Part shown: piece after piece, positions 18,881 through 27,407 of the stretch
How positions within the stretch are numbered: position 1 is the stretch's first letter
Layout: each line of letters opens with the position of its first letter
Source: a candidate division WOR-3 bacterium
Lineage (GTDB): Bacteria > Hydrothermota > Tepidihabitantia > Tepidihabitantales > Tepidihabitantaceae
Length of the DNA stretch: 33,761 bases
Direction of reading: 5' to 3'
Assembly (NCBI GenBank): GCA_965648905.1
Contig: CBFGIT010000028.1
Location: 1 to 33,761 of the forward strand
Program-made: the position numbers and the translations under genes
Notes under the pieces: model-generated
Told to the model about the DNA's origin: nothing
Databases searched by the model: none
Seen by the model: only the letters and a program-made list of their open reading frames with translations

Positions 18881-20092
18881 TCAGGACGACCGCAGGTGCA
18901 GTACGTCTGGCGGCCGCCTAGGCTCTCGATAGAACGTCCCGTACCCGAGTCCCAGACGCCATTCTGCGCCGCGCGCTCCCAGAAAGAGCCCGGCAATATC
19001 ACTGGCGCCGAACGACACGCTGAGCCGGCCCACCAACAGTCCGGCGTCAAACCCAGCAATCGTCCCTGACTCCGAGTCAAACCCCAACCTGGTTGCCAGT
19101 GGCAGCCACGTCTTAGGCCATAGTTCGTACATCCCGACCACCGCCCAGCCGTCGTTGTCGGTTGCACCGGCCAGCCGCGTGAGTGCCACGATACCGACAT
19201 TCATCCGATCCGTGAACCGATGCCCGGCCACAAGGTTCAGCCGGACCGGCAGACGGGTGGTGAAGTAGCCGGAGCCGTTCGGACTGTATCCATACCAGGC
19301 CCGACCGCCCGAACCGAGCTCATAGACAGTGCAGGTGTCAAGGTCGAGCGAGTAGATGCCTTGCCGAATGCCTTCGGTCCAGACTATCCCGTCGGAAAGG
19401 TCAAGTACTGAAAGAGCCAGGTGGTAGCTTCCGACTCGACATGCAGCGCCAAGGTCTGCGGCCCAACCCGCACCACCCCGAGCCTCGCGGAAGGCCATGG
19501 TTCCGGCACCGACCAGCGCCGCCGGCGTTGTCAGAAGCGAGACCCGGGCGTCGGAAACCTCGCGGAAGTAGATTCCCTGAAGCCGGTGCGCCGCGACACC
19601 GAGCATCAGGTGCCGACCCAGCCCGGTCCCTACCCCGACTCCGCCCCGCCAGTAAACCTCGTCGCTTGCCCAGGCATTGTCGGCAACGTAGGTGCGGCCC
19701 AGCACGTTACCCTGAAGGGCCAGGTCAATCAAGTCCTTGGGCAGTCTCAGCCCGACCCGCCGCACGGTACGGACCGAAGCAGCAAGGTTGCCGTATCCGA
19801 ACTCAGCCGCTCCGGCCTGCAGGTAGCCGTTGAAGCCGAACCCTTCACTCGGAACCGTGTGCAGGATATCGGCCTTGGCTGCCGAGTCGAGATATGCGCC
19901 CGTATATCGGTTGTACTGACTGAAGCTCAGGCAGTTGTTCTCGACCCCGGCTCCGAGGTTGAGAATCCGGCACGCGAACCCGGGACGCTCGGGCGCGGCA
20001 AGCTGGGCCGGATTGACAACCAGCGCATCAGGGCCGGTCAGGAATGCAGGATTGAACACTGCGCCGAGCAGACAGGTGACCAGCACGATCAT
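18881..20092 (-). CDS. Putative outer-membrane beta-barrel protein (DUF5723-like)
   Basis: Short signal peptide; VVNPAQL motif; alternating amphipathic strands (GWAADLGA, LSVLDL, LPVRLNL). Confidence 0.65.
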   Translation of the reverse strand: MIVLVTCLLGAVFNPAFLTGPDALVVNPAQLAAPERPGFACRILNLGAGVENNCLSFSQYNRYTGAYLDSAAKADILHTVPSEGFGFNGYLQAGAAEFGYGNLAASVRTVRRVGLRLPKDLIDLALQGNVLGRTYVADNAWASDEVYWRGGVGVGTGLGRHLMLGVAAHRLQGIYFREVSDARVSLLTTPAALVGAGTMAFREARGGAGWAADLGAACRVGSYHLALSVLDLSDGIVWTEGIRQGIYSLDLDTCTVYELGSGGRAWYGYSPNGSGYFTTRLPVRLNLVAGHRFTDRMNVGIVALTRLAGATDNDGWAVVGMYELWPKTWLPLATRLGFDSESGTIAGFDAGLLVGRLSVSFGASDIAGLFLGARGAEWRLGLGYGTFYREPRRPPDVLHLRSS

Positions 20093-22017
20093 CGTCCACC
20101 TCCGGTCCGGACTCGAAGCGTCAAGAGCGCCCCCAGCCCAAGCCCGTCCGAGGCGAGGACGGTCACCGTATCCGACGCCGGCAGCTCGAAACGAAGCCGG
20201 GCCGAAAGCGGCCAGACCTGGAGCAGCGACAGCGCAACCGAGTCCAGCTCACACGCGACCGTCGTATCGCGGCTCCCCACGCAGTAGCCGTATCGGTCGA
20301 GCCTGCCGCGGCTCACACCAAAAGGTACGACCAGCGAATCGACCAGCGCCATACCTTTGCTGGCACTGTCCCGACTCAGCACCAGCCGACCGGTCATGCC
20401 CACCGGCAGATGGCTTGACGCCTCAATCCGGACGTTGGCGCCGACCAGATGCTTTGCCAGAAGCTTCCGCTGTTTCTCCGGCACCTCAACCGTCCGGACC
20501 GGCGTCTCGACAGTATCCGGCACAAATGCGAGGCGCAGCGGCGTGCTTACCACGGCCCGCGCCGAGGCCCAGGCTCCCTGTTGGCAACTGCCCGAGCCCA
20601 GGATTCGACAACTATACTCAGCGCAGATTGAGTCCGGCCCGACATTGAGCAGCTCGGTCACCGGGAACACGAACTCGGTGACAACCGGCTGTTCCAGTCG
20701 CCCGGCACTGGCAGTCAGCGTCTTTCCCAGCGTCGCGGCCCGCTCACCGTTGCGCAGTGAGTGAATTCGCAGACAGATTGCCAGCGGGAATCCGACGCTG
20801 TTGGCAACATCAAGTGCGAGCTCGGCATTGGCCACCCGCGCGCCCTTGAGCCGGTAAGGAAACACTTCCGGAAGAATCCGCCGGCACGAACCGATGTACA
20901 CCGGCGACTTGAACTCACCGGCAACAAGCGTGGTTCTGAGTGTCGTGGTTTGGTAGGACACGGTCACCCCGTCGTTCTTACCCAGTTCAACCAGGTCATC
21001 GGTCCCCAAAGGCCGGGCCCAGACCAGGTAGTCGAACAACGAGTTGACCCGACTTCGACTGTCAAGCTTCAGCCCGTCGAGCGGCAGATTGATACTCACC
21101 CTGCCTCGGGCTTCGAGCTGGTACTCGCCTGCGAATCCAAGCTTCGGCACACTCAGCCGCACCAGCGCCGGCACGTCGAAGTCGTTCGTCAACTCAAGCG
21201 ACCATGTGCCGGTGGCCAGTTCCAAGCTGTCGACACGAAAAGGCTTTGAGGCGGCGATTGAGACGTGACAACGCCGCTGCCCTTCGCAGTCCGGAATCCT
21301 CATCCGAGCGCTCCCTACGCGCAGCGACTCAAGTGCATAGCTGAACACGACTGAGTCCCGGCGACTCAGCATCACGGTGTCCGAGCCTGACGAACCGGCA
21401 ATGAACGTTGCCGGGAAAGACGAACCAAGGCACGCCCCTCCGCATCTTATTCCTGCTTCAACCGTCGCCCCTCCGGCGACCGACCCGAAGTCCAACCGCC
21501 CGAGCGGCGAGACCATGGTAAGCGAATCGAACGCCACGCTTGAGTAGTTCTGCGCCGTGACCCGAACCACCGCCTCGATCACCTCGGCCCGCTCCAGGCC
21601 ATCAATTCGGCAGTCCCGGCTGAACCGATTCTCAAACGGCGGCACCAGGCTCTTGCTGCCGGAATCAGGCAACGGCAGGCCGGTCATCTCTGCCAATGTC
21701 AACCTGACCCTTCCGGCTCCAGCATCGGCGATAACGAACTGCTCCAGCTCGACCCGATTGGTGCTGTCAGCCGCGAACACTTCCAGCGCTTCGTCCGGCC
21801 GCACGGTATCGAGCGGCAAAGCCAGACTGAACGATACCAGCGACTCGTCGTCGACCGCAAAGAGCGCCGTGTCGAGGAAATCAACCAGCCGTAGACTCCC
21901 GTTGTACAAAGGGATGTTCGCTTCGATGTCCCACTCCGGCGCTTCCGGCGCCCTCAGGCAGTAGGCGCCAATCAGTGCGCAGACAATTCCAACAACTGCT
22001 ACTTGATACCCCTTCAC
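20089..22017 (-). CDS. Large hypothetical exported/lipoprotein, coupled to the beta-barrel gene
   Basis: AGGAG RBS and GTG at 22017; hydrophobic leader ending in ...LIGAYC; ATGA overlap with the next gene. Confidence 0.7.
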   Translation of the reverse strand: MKGYQVAVVGIVCALIGAYCLRAPEAPEWDIEANIPLYNGSLRLVDFLDTALFAVDDESLVSFSLALPLDTVRPDEALEVFAADSTNRVELEQFVIADAGAGRVRLTLAEMTGLPLPDSGSKSLVPPFENRFSRDCRIDGLERAEVIEAVVRVTAQNYSSVAFDSLTMVSPLGRLDFGSVAGGATVEAGIRCGGACLGSSFPATFIAGSSGSDTVMLSRRDSVVFSYALESLRVGSARMRIPDCEGQRRCHVSIAASKPFRVDSLELATGTWSLELTNDFDVPALVRLSVPKLGFAGEYQLEARGRVSINLPLDGLKLDSRSRVNSLFDYLVWARPLGTDDLVELGKNDGVTVSYQTTTLRTTLVAGEFKSPVYIGSCRRILPEVFPYRLKGARVANAELALDVANSVGFPLAICLRIHSLRNGERAATLGKTLTASAGRLEQPVVTEFVFPVTELLNVGPDSICAEYSCRILGSGSCQQGAWASARAVVSTPLRLAFVPDTVETPVRTVEVPEKQRKLLAKHLVGANVRIEASSHLPVGMTGRLVLSRDSASKGMALVDSLVVPFGVSRGRLDRYGYCVGSRDTTVACELDSVALSLLQVWPLSARLRFELPASDTVTVLASDGLGLGALLTLRVRTGGGR

Positions 22018-22092
22018 CCTCAACTCCTGTTCAACCCCTGTCCGGAACCACCCCTGGTCCGGAACTGCTAACCGACCCCCCGTTCCTGCCGT

Positions 22093-22126
22093 AGAAAAAG
22101 GAGCCGCACAGACCCTGTGAGCGTCC
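22093..22126 (-). terminator. Candidate intrinsic terminator closing the structured RNA
   Basis: Minus strand GGACGCTCACAG-GGT-CTGTGCGGCTCC-TTTTTCT (bulged stem plus U tract). Confidence 0.5.
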
Positions 22127-22826
22127 AAGAGTGCCAATTTCTTAGAGAGGCGGCATTCTCTTTTTTTGCGAACAACCCTTCAGGCGTAAGGCAGCCCCGA
22201 AACACCGTATGTGGTCTGCCGAGCGGCCAAAGGATGGGGGCCGTTTGTGAGAGGACTTGGGCGTGGGCAGAATCCCAAGAAGGAGGCTAAGATGCCGGCC
22301 CCCGATGAAAGAAAGGCGGACGCTACGCCAAGTGACCATATCGCTTGGTGCCCGGCCCGGTGCCTGGTAACCGACCATTCCCCCGTCAAACTACTCTCCT
22401 CCTGAGTCAGACACCGGCCGAGACGCACCCGGCGGTAGGTCCGCGACCCTGTTTCCCCGTCAAAAGAAGAGCGGGCTCCTCCTTCCCAACACAGGGAAAC
22501 CGAATTGATGACGAGTAGAGCAGAAAGGCTCAAGCGGTTTGAGGCTGAGACAACGGCGAGAGGCTAAGATGGCAGAGAGACCCTTTTGTGATGCGCCCTT
22601 GATGAGAGCTGTCATCCCTTCTGCCCTACTCGTCCCGCGATGCGGCAAGCGAATTCTATGCCGCCCGGCAGACCACACTCCGAATTGTCAAAGAACCAGA
22701 CCTAGCGACTAGAAAAGGGGGTGCCCAGACCGAACCTTACAGAGACGCCAAACGGAGGAACCAATAGCTGACAAGGCACCCCCCCTCTGGAATTGTCTAG
22801 TCCAGGTAGTCTCATGCAACATTCGG
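22095..22826 (-). ncRNA. Candidate large multi-domain structured RNA (core 22209-22678)
   Basis: Nested helices 22209-22227/22660-22678, 22510-22528/22616-22634, 22451-22460/22491-22500, 22351-22366/22408-22422, 22316-22329/22431-22444 and 22236-22243/22296-22303; mismatches are A-C on plus and G-U on minus; no recognisable protein. Confidence 0.7.
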
Positions 22827-22836
22827 CACAGTGAAT

Positions 22837-22852
22837 AGCACCGGTCGTGCCA
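22837..22852 (-). promoter_or_regulatory. sigma54 (RpoN) -24/-12 promoter
   Basis: TGGCAC-GACCG-GTGCT with exact GG-N10-GC spacing; predicted +1 near 22826. Confidence 0.65.
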
Positions 22853-23050
22853 GCACTGACTCCGGCCATCGAATGCAGCAAGACGTTGGCAGTTCATGAG
22901 TTAGACCACGGACCACGAACCGTCAGGGTATGCGACACAGGCATCCACCGTGCGCGACCGGATATCATAACCATCGGATTTTCGGAACATTAGGCAATTG
23001 CGACACACGCCCCTTACCAGCCGCAGAAATGTACCGGTCGAGCACTCGGC

Positions 23051-23078
23051 TTGACTCGCTCCAGTCAGGAGTTATAAT
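23051..23078 (+). promoter_or_regulatory. sigma70 promoter of the rimP operon (probably leaderless)
   Basis: TTGACT-16 bp-TATAAT, 6 nt before ATG 23085. Confidence 0.7.
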
Positions 23079-23084
23079 CGAGCA

Positions 23085-23627
23085 ATGACCAGTCAGTTAC
23101 CGCCCGCAGTGTCAGAGCTCTGCCGCAAGGTGAGCGAGGAACAGCACGCCGAAGTCTACCACGCGGAGCTGAACGGCCGCGTGCTCAGTGTGCAGATTGA
23201 GGTGACCGGTGGCACGTCACTTGATGCCTGCGCACGTTTCTCGCGTGCCCTCTCGGCCGAACTTGACGCTGCCGACGCACTGCCGGGCCGATACGTCCTT
23301 GAGGTCTCATCCCCCGGGGTTGAACGCCGGCTTTACTGTCCGGCCGACTTCGCACGGGTCGTGGGTGCAGTGGTTCGGATAAGAACTTCGCAACGGACCT
23401 GGGAGAGCAGATTGCTTGCGGCAGACGATTCCTCCATCAAGCTGGTCGGCACCGAAGACAACCGGCCCAGGGCTGTCTCAATAATGTACGGTGAAATCAC
23501 CGAGGCGCGGGTGGTTGTCCGGGATGATGAGTTGTTCCGGTCACGACCAGGTCCCGCAACGCGTAGTCCGGTCGGTCCTGAGGTGGCCGCGACCGAGTCT
23601 GCGGACTGGCAGAAAGGGAATCAGTGA
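23085..23627 (+). CDS. rimP: Ribosome maturation factor RimP
   Basis: SLDACARFSRALSAELD and YVLEVSSPGVERRL; directly upstream of nusA. Confidence 0.9.
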   Translation: MTSQLPPAVSELCRKVSEEQHAEVYHAELNGRVLSVQIEVTGGTSLDACARFSRALSAELDAADALPGRYVLEVSSPGVERRLYCPADFARVVGAVVRIRTSQRTWESRLLAADDSSIKLVGTEDNRPRAVSIMYGEITEARVVVRDDELFRSRPGPATRSPVGPEVAATESADWQKGNQ

Positions 23628-25015
23628 ACAAAGACATCGCCAATCTAATAATCCAGATTGCCCGCATCCGCAACGTCGACGTCACTTACGTCTGCGAGAC
23701 CCTGCGCTCGAGCATCGTCGCCGGCTTGCGGCGTCGGTTCGGCTCCGACACTGAAGCTGATGCCGAGGTCAACGCCGATACCGGAGACATCCGGGTGTTT
23801 CTCGCTAAGAAGGTCGTGAATCAGGTCAGCCAGCCCGGACGTGAGATTTCAGTTGACGATGCTCAGGCCGTCAGCCCCGGGGCCCAGGCGGGCGACATGG
23901 TCCGGGTAGAACTGCCGCTCGATGAACTCGGACGGATTGCCATTCGTAAGGCTTCAGACGAGCTCATGCTCAAACTGCGCGAGGCCGAGCGAACCAAGCT
24001 GTTCGACGAATTCTCCAAGAAGAAGGGTGAGATCGTCACCGGCACTATCCAGAAAATCGGCCGGGAAGAAATCATCGTCAACCTCGGCCTGATTGAAGCG
24101 GTCCTACACACCCGGGAGCAACTCAAGGCGGACCACTATCGACAGGGATTGCCGCTCAAGGCCTATGTCCACCGCGTAGAAAAGACCGCGCTCGGCCCGC
24201 GCGTCTTTCTCTCCCGCACTCATCCGGAGTTCTTGAAGAAACTGCTCATCCGCGAAGTGCCAGAAATCCGTGAAGGCGTAGTTGAGATTAAGGGCATCGC
24301 CCGTTCGCCCGGGTTTCGCTCCAAAGTCGCCGTCACCTCACTCGACGAGAAAGTCGACCCGGTCGGTGCGTGCGTCGGCTACCGCAAGTCACGCATCGAG
24401 AACATCATCAAAGAACTATCGGGCGAAAAGATCGACATCGTCCAATGGAGCAAAGACCCGCAGGTTTTTATCGCTCGCGCTCTCGGGCCGGCCAAGGCCA
24501 CCGAAGTCCTCAAGGAAGGCGACTCATACATCGTCGTTGTCCCGGATGTCGAGTTCTCAATCGCGATCGGCAAGAAAGGCCAGAACGTGTGGCTTGCCAG
24601 CCTGCTTGCCGACGCGAAGATCGAAGTGCTCAAGGAAAGCGACTTTCGCAACCGGCAGGTAATGGCCCGCGCCTCGGCGGTCACCCTCGACAGAATCGGG
24701 TTCGAGCAGCCGCTGCTCGGTCGATTCAACGCGGCGGGCATCAACTCCGCGTTCGAGCTGCTCAATGCCCCGGTCGAGACACTCGTTGCCGTGACCGAAC
24801 TGCCGGCGGACGCAATCGAGCCGCTGCGCCAGGAAGTTCGCGATGCGGTCTGGCGCGGCGGTGACACCCGGATTGAGCTCCGGCCGACCCGGCCCGAACC
24901 AGCGGCCGCGGCCGCCGAGCCGGTGCCGAGCCCGCCAGCCCCGCCGCCGGACGAGCCCGGACCCTCAGTCGATAGCGCACCGCCTCCACCCGCCATCGAG
25001 GAGCCGGCAGACTAG
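23624..25015 (+). CDS. nusA: Transcription termination factor NusA
   Basis: LSRTHPEF, EVPEI, ARSPGFRSKVAV, DPVGACVG and AIGKKGQNV; Pro-rich tail. Confidence 0.95.
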   Translation: MNKDIANLIIQIARIRNVDVTYVCETLRSSIVAGLRRRFGSDTEADAEVNADTGDIRVFLAKKVVNQVSQPGREISVDDAQAVSPGAQAGDMVRVELPLDELGRIAIRKASDELMLKLREAERTKLFDEFSKKKGEIVTGTIQKIGREEIIVNLGLIEAVLHTREQLKADHYRQGLPLKAYVHRVEKTALGPRVFLSRTHPEFLKKLLIREVPEIREGVVEIKGIARSPGFRSKVAVTSLDEKVDPVGACVGYRKSRIENIIKELSGEKIDIVQWSKDPQVFIARALGPAKATEVLKEGDSYIVVVPDVEFSIAIGKKGQNVWLASLLADAKIEVLKESDFRNRQVMARASAVTLDRIGFEQPLLGRFNAAGINSAFELLNAPVETLVAVTELPADAIEPLRQEVRDAVWRGGDTRIELRPTRPEPAAAAAEPVPSPPAPPPDEPGPSVDSAPPPPAIEEPAD

Positions 25016-25021
25016 CACAGT

Positions 25022-27103
25022 ATGGCGCAGAAACGCAAGGTCTTTGAGGCCGCGAGCCTGCTCGGGCTGTCAAGCGAAGGGCTGATCGCCATCCTCAAAG
25101 AGCTCAACTACCCGGCGCGAGGCTACACCTCCTACATCACCGATGAGGAGTTCGACGCGGCGCGCCAGCGGCTGCGCAAAGAGAAACACCAGTTCAAAGA
25201 GACCATCCGCCGCCGCCGGACGCCGCCCCAGCCGACTCGCCCCGCCCCGCCGGTTGACAACCGGCTCATCGACAAGACCGTCCGACAGACACTCGTCAAG
25301 GTCCAGGGTCGCGCGATCAAACACCGACGGCCCGTGCGTGAGACCCGGACCACGGTCGAGCCCGAGGGCCGGTCGCTCGTCAAGGTCAACCCCTACATGA
25401 CCGTTGCCGAATTGGCCCATGCCTTCGGCACCACCGCCTCCGAGATCATCAAGAAATGTCTGGGAATCGGTATGCTCGCCACCGTCAACCAGCGCCTCGA
25501 CCTAGACACGATTCTCCTTATCGCCGACGCCTGCGGCGTCGAGGTCGAGCCGGCGGCCGAAACCGAGGCTGAAGTCGAACGCGGTGAGCCGCGCCCCCGC
25601 CCGCCGGTCGTGGTTTTCATGGGACATGTCGACCACGGCAAGACCGCTCAGATTGACTACATCCGCAAGACCCGCGTTGCCGAGCAGGAAGTCGGCCGCA
25701 TCACCCAGCATGTTGGTGCCTATGTCGCCTACTACGGCGGCAATCCGATCGTCATCCTCGACACACCGGGCCACGAGGCATTCACCGCGATGCGGGCACG
25801 CGGCGCCCAGGTCACCGACATCGCGGTACTGGTCGTCGCGGCTGACGAAGGCGTCATGCCCCAGACACTGGAGGCACTCGACCACGCTCGGGCCGCAGGC
25901 GTCCCCTTCATCGTCAATATCACCAAGCGCGACCTGCCGACTGCCAACCCCGACCGGGTCAAGGCCCAGCTCGCCCAGCACGGCGTGAAAGTCGAGGGCT
26001 ACGGCGGCGACACACTCTGCGTCGAGACCTCCTCGGTTACCGGCGCCGGCGTTGAAGAACTCCTCGACGGCATCTCGGTACTCGCGCTGGAACTGGACCT
26101 GAAGGCTCCCTACGACGGTCCGGCCACCGGTGTCGTCATTGACTCGCGTGTCGACCGGGGCCGGGGTAACATCGCGACTATTCTCATCGAACAGGGTACG
26201 CTGCGCAAAGGCGACCCGTTTGTTGCCGCCGAGCATCATGGCCGGGTGCGCGAGCTGCTTTCCGAGTCTTTCACTCCGCTCGACGAGGCAACGCCGTCGA
26301 TCCCGGTCCAGGTGCTGGGTTTCTCCGGACTGCCCCAGGCCGGCGACCGGTTCGATGTCGTCGCGGACGAACGGACTGCCCGCGACACGGCCCAGCGCCG
26401 ACTCCTGGCCAAGCGCGACCGCATCCTCTCGGCCACCAAGCCCAAAGTCAGCCTTGAGGCAATTCAGGAGCGGATCGCCGACGGTCAGATTCGGGAACTG
26501 AAGATCGTGCTCAAAGCCGACGTATCCGGGTCAGCCGAAGCGCTGAAGGATTCGCTTGAAGGACTGTCGCTCGATGAGGTGCGGGTCCGCGTCATCCACT
26601 CGGGTGTCGGGGCCATCAACCAGAGTGACGTGCTGCTCGCCCAGGCCTCAGAGGCAATCATCGTCGGCTTCCACGTCAAGCCGCTGGCCGATGCCCGACA
26701 GCAGGCCGAAAAGGAAGGCATCGAAATCCGCACCTACCGCATCATCTACGCCGCGATTGACGACATCCGGGCCGCCATGCTCGGTCTGCTCGAACCGGAG
26801 AAGAAAGAAGTTACGCTCGGTCGGGCCGAAGTGCGGCAACTATTCCGACTGCCGCGTGGGCCAGCGATCGCCGGCTGCTATGTCATCGAGGGTAAGGTCG
26901 TGCGTGACGCCTTGGTGCGCATCATCCGTCAGGGCAAGGTCGTACTGAGCAGCCGGGTCGGCTCGCTGCGCCGGTTCAAGGACGACGTCAAGGAAGTTGA
27001 CACCGGCTACGAATGCGGCATCGCGGTCGAGGACACCGACGACATCCAGACCGGTGACATCATCGAAGCCTACGCCATCGAAGAAGTCAGGCGCAACGCA
27101 TGA
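25022..27103 (+). CDS. infB: Translation initiation factor IF-2
   Basis: [40 protein letters not shown] and [15 protein letters not shown]. Confidence 0.96.
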   Translation: MAQKRKVFEAASLLGLSSEGLIAILKELNYPARGYTSYITDEEFDAARQRLRKEKHQFKETIRRRRTPPQPTRPAPPVDNRLIDKTVRQTLVKVQGRAIKHRRPVRETRTTVEPEGRSLVKVNPYMTVAELAHAFGTTASEIIKKCLGIGMLATVNQRLDLDTILLIADACGVEVEPAAETEAEVERGEPRPRPPVVVFMGHVDHGKTAQIDYIRKTRVAEQEVGRITQHVGAYVAYYGGNPIVILDTPGHEAFTAMRARGAQVTDIAVLVVAADEGVMPQTLEALDHARAAGVPFIVNITKRDLPTANPDRVKAQLAQHGVKVEGYGGDTLCVETSSVTGAGVEELLDGISVLALELDLKAPYDGPATGVVIDSRVDRGRGNIATILIEQGTLRKGDPFVAAEHHGRVRELLSESFTPLDEATPSIPVQVLGFSGLPQAGDRFDVVADERTARDTAQRRLLAKRDRILSATKPKVSLEAIQERIADGQIRELKIVLKADVSGSAEALKDSLEGLSLDEVRVRVIHSGVGAINQSDVLLAQASEAIIVGFHVKPLADARQQAEKEGIEIRTYRIIYAAIDDIRAAMLGLLEPEKKEVTLGRAEVRQLFRLPRGPAIAGCYVIEGKVVRDALVRIIRQGKVVLSSRVGSLRRFKDDVKEVDTGYECGIAVEDTDDIQTGDIIEAYAIEEVRRNA

Positions 27104-27122
27104 TGCCTGACCAGACGCGCCG

Positions 27123-27407
27123 GTGACCGTCGGTCTGCTCGTTCTTGACTGCTTCATCGCTGAAAGCCTGTCGCTCAAGGACAAACGCCGTATCCTCGCC
27201 AGCTTCACCGACCGCGTCCGCCGCTCGTTCAACGTCGCGCTCTGTGAAGTCGAGTTCCAAGACCAGTGGCAGCGCGCCCGGATTGCCGCGGTCATGGTCA
27301 ACACCGACAGCCGCATGCTCCAGAGCTCAATGTCGAAACTGGTCGAGTTCGTCGACCGCGACCGGCGCCTTGAGGTACTCAATGCCGAAACGCGCCGACT
27401 GGTTTAG
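27123..27407 (+). CDS. DUF503 (YlxP-like) protein
   Basis: SLKDKRR, FNVALCEV and QDQWQRA; usual position after infB. Confidence 0.85.
   Translation: MTVGLLVLDCFIAESLSLKDKRRILASFTDRVRRSFNVALCEVEFQDQWQRARIAAVMVNTDSRMLQSSMSKLVEFVDRDRRLEVLNAETRRLV

Noticed and set aside
22018..22137. ORF-track N-terminal extension of the 682-aa ORF
   Set aside because: It runs through the terminator; the RBS and signal peptide point to 22017
22179..22196. TCAGGCGTAAGGCAGC resembles SRP RNA helix 8
   Set aside because: It lacks the 3-bp stem around the GNRA loop and the AGCAG side, and it is on the strand opposite to the G-U polarity
22292..22405. Plus-strand AGGAGG-CTAAG-ATG small ORF (37 aa), and a 10-aa ORF at 22569
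   Set aside because: No plus-strand promoter found; structure polarity, promoter and terminator all favour the minus strand
22209..22678. Terminal inverted repeats read as a MITE/IS remnant
   Set aside because: No target-site duplication is visible, and the many internal nested helices with strand-specific G-U pairs fit an RNA better (not fully excluded)
22209..22678. RNase P RNA or tmRNA
   Set aside because: No GAGGAAAGUC/P4 motifs, no tRNA-like ends and no tag peptide seen
22686..22691. TTGACA just upstream of the core stem as a sigma70 -35
   Set aside because: No -10-like hexamer 16-18 bp downstream
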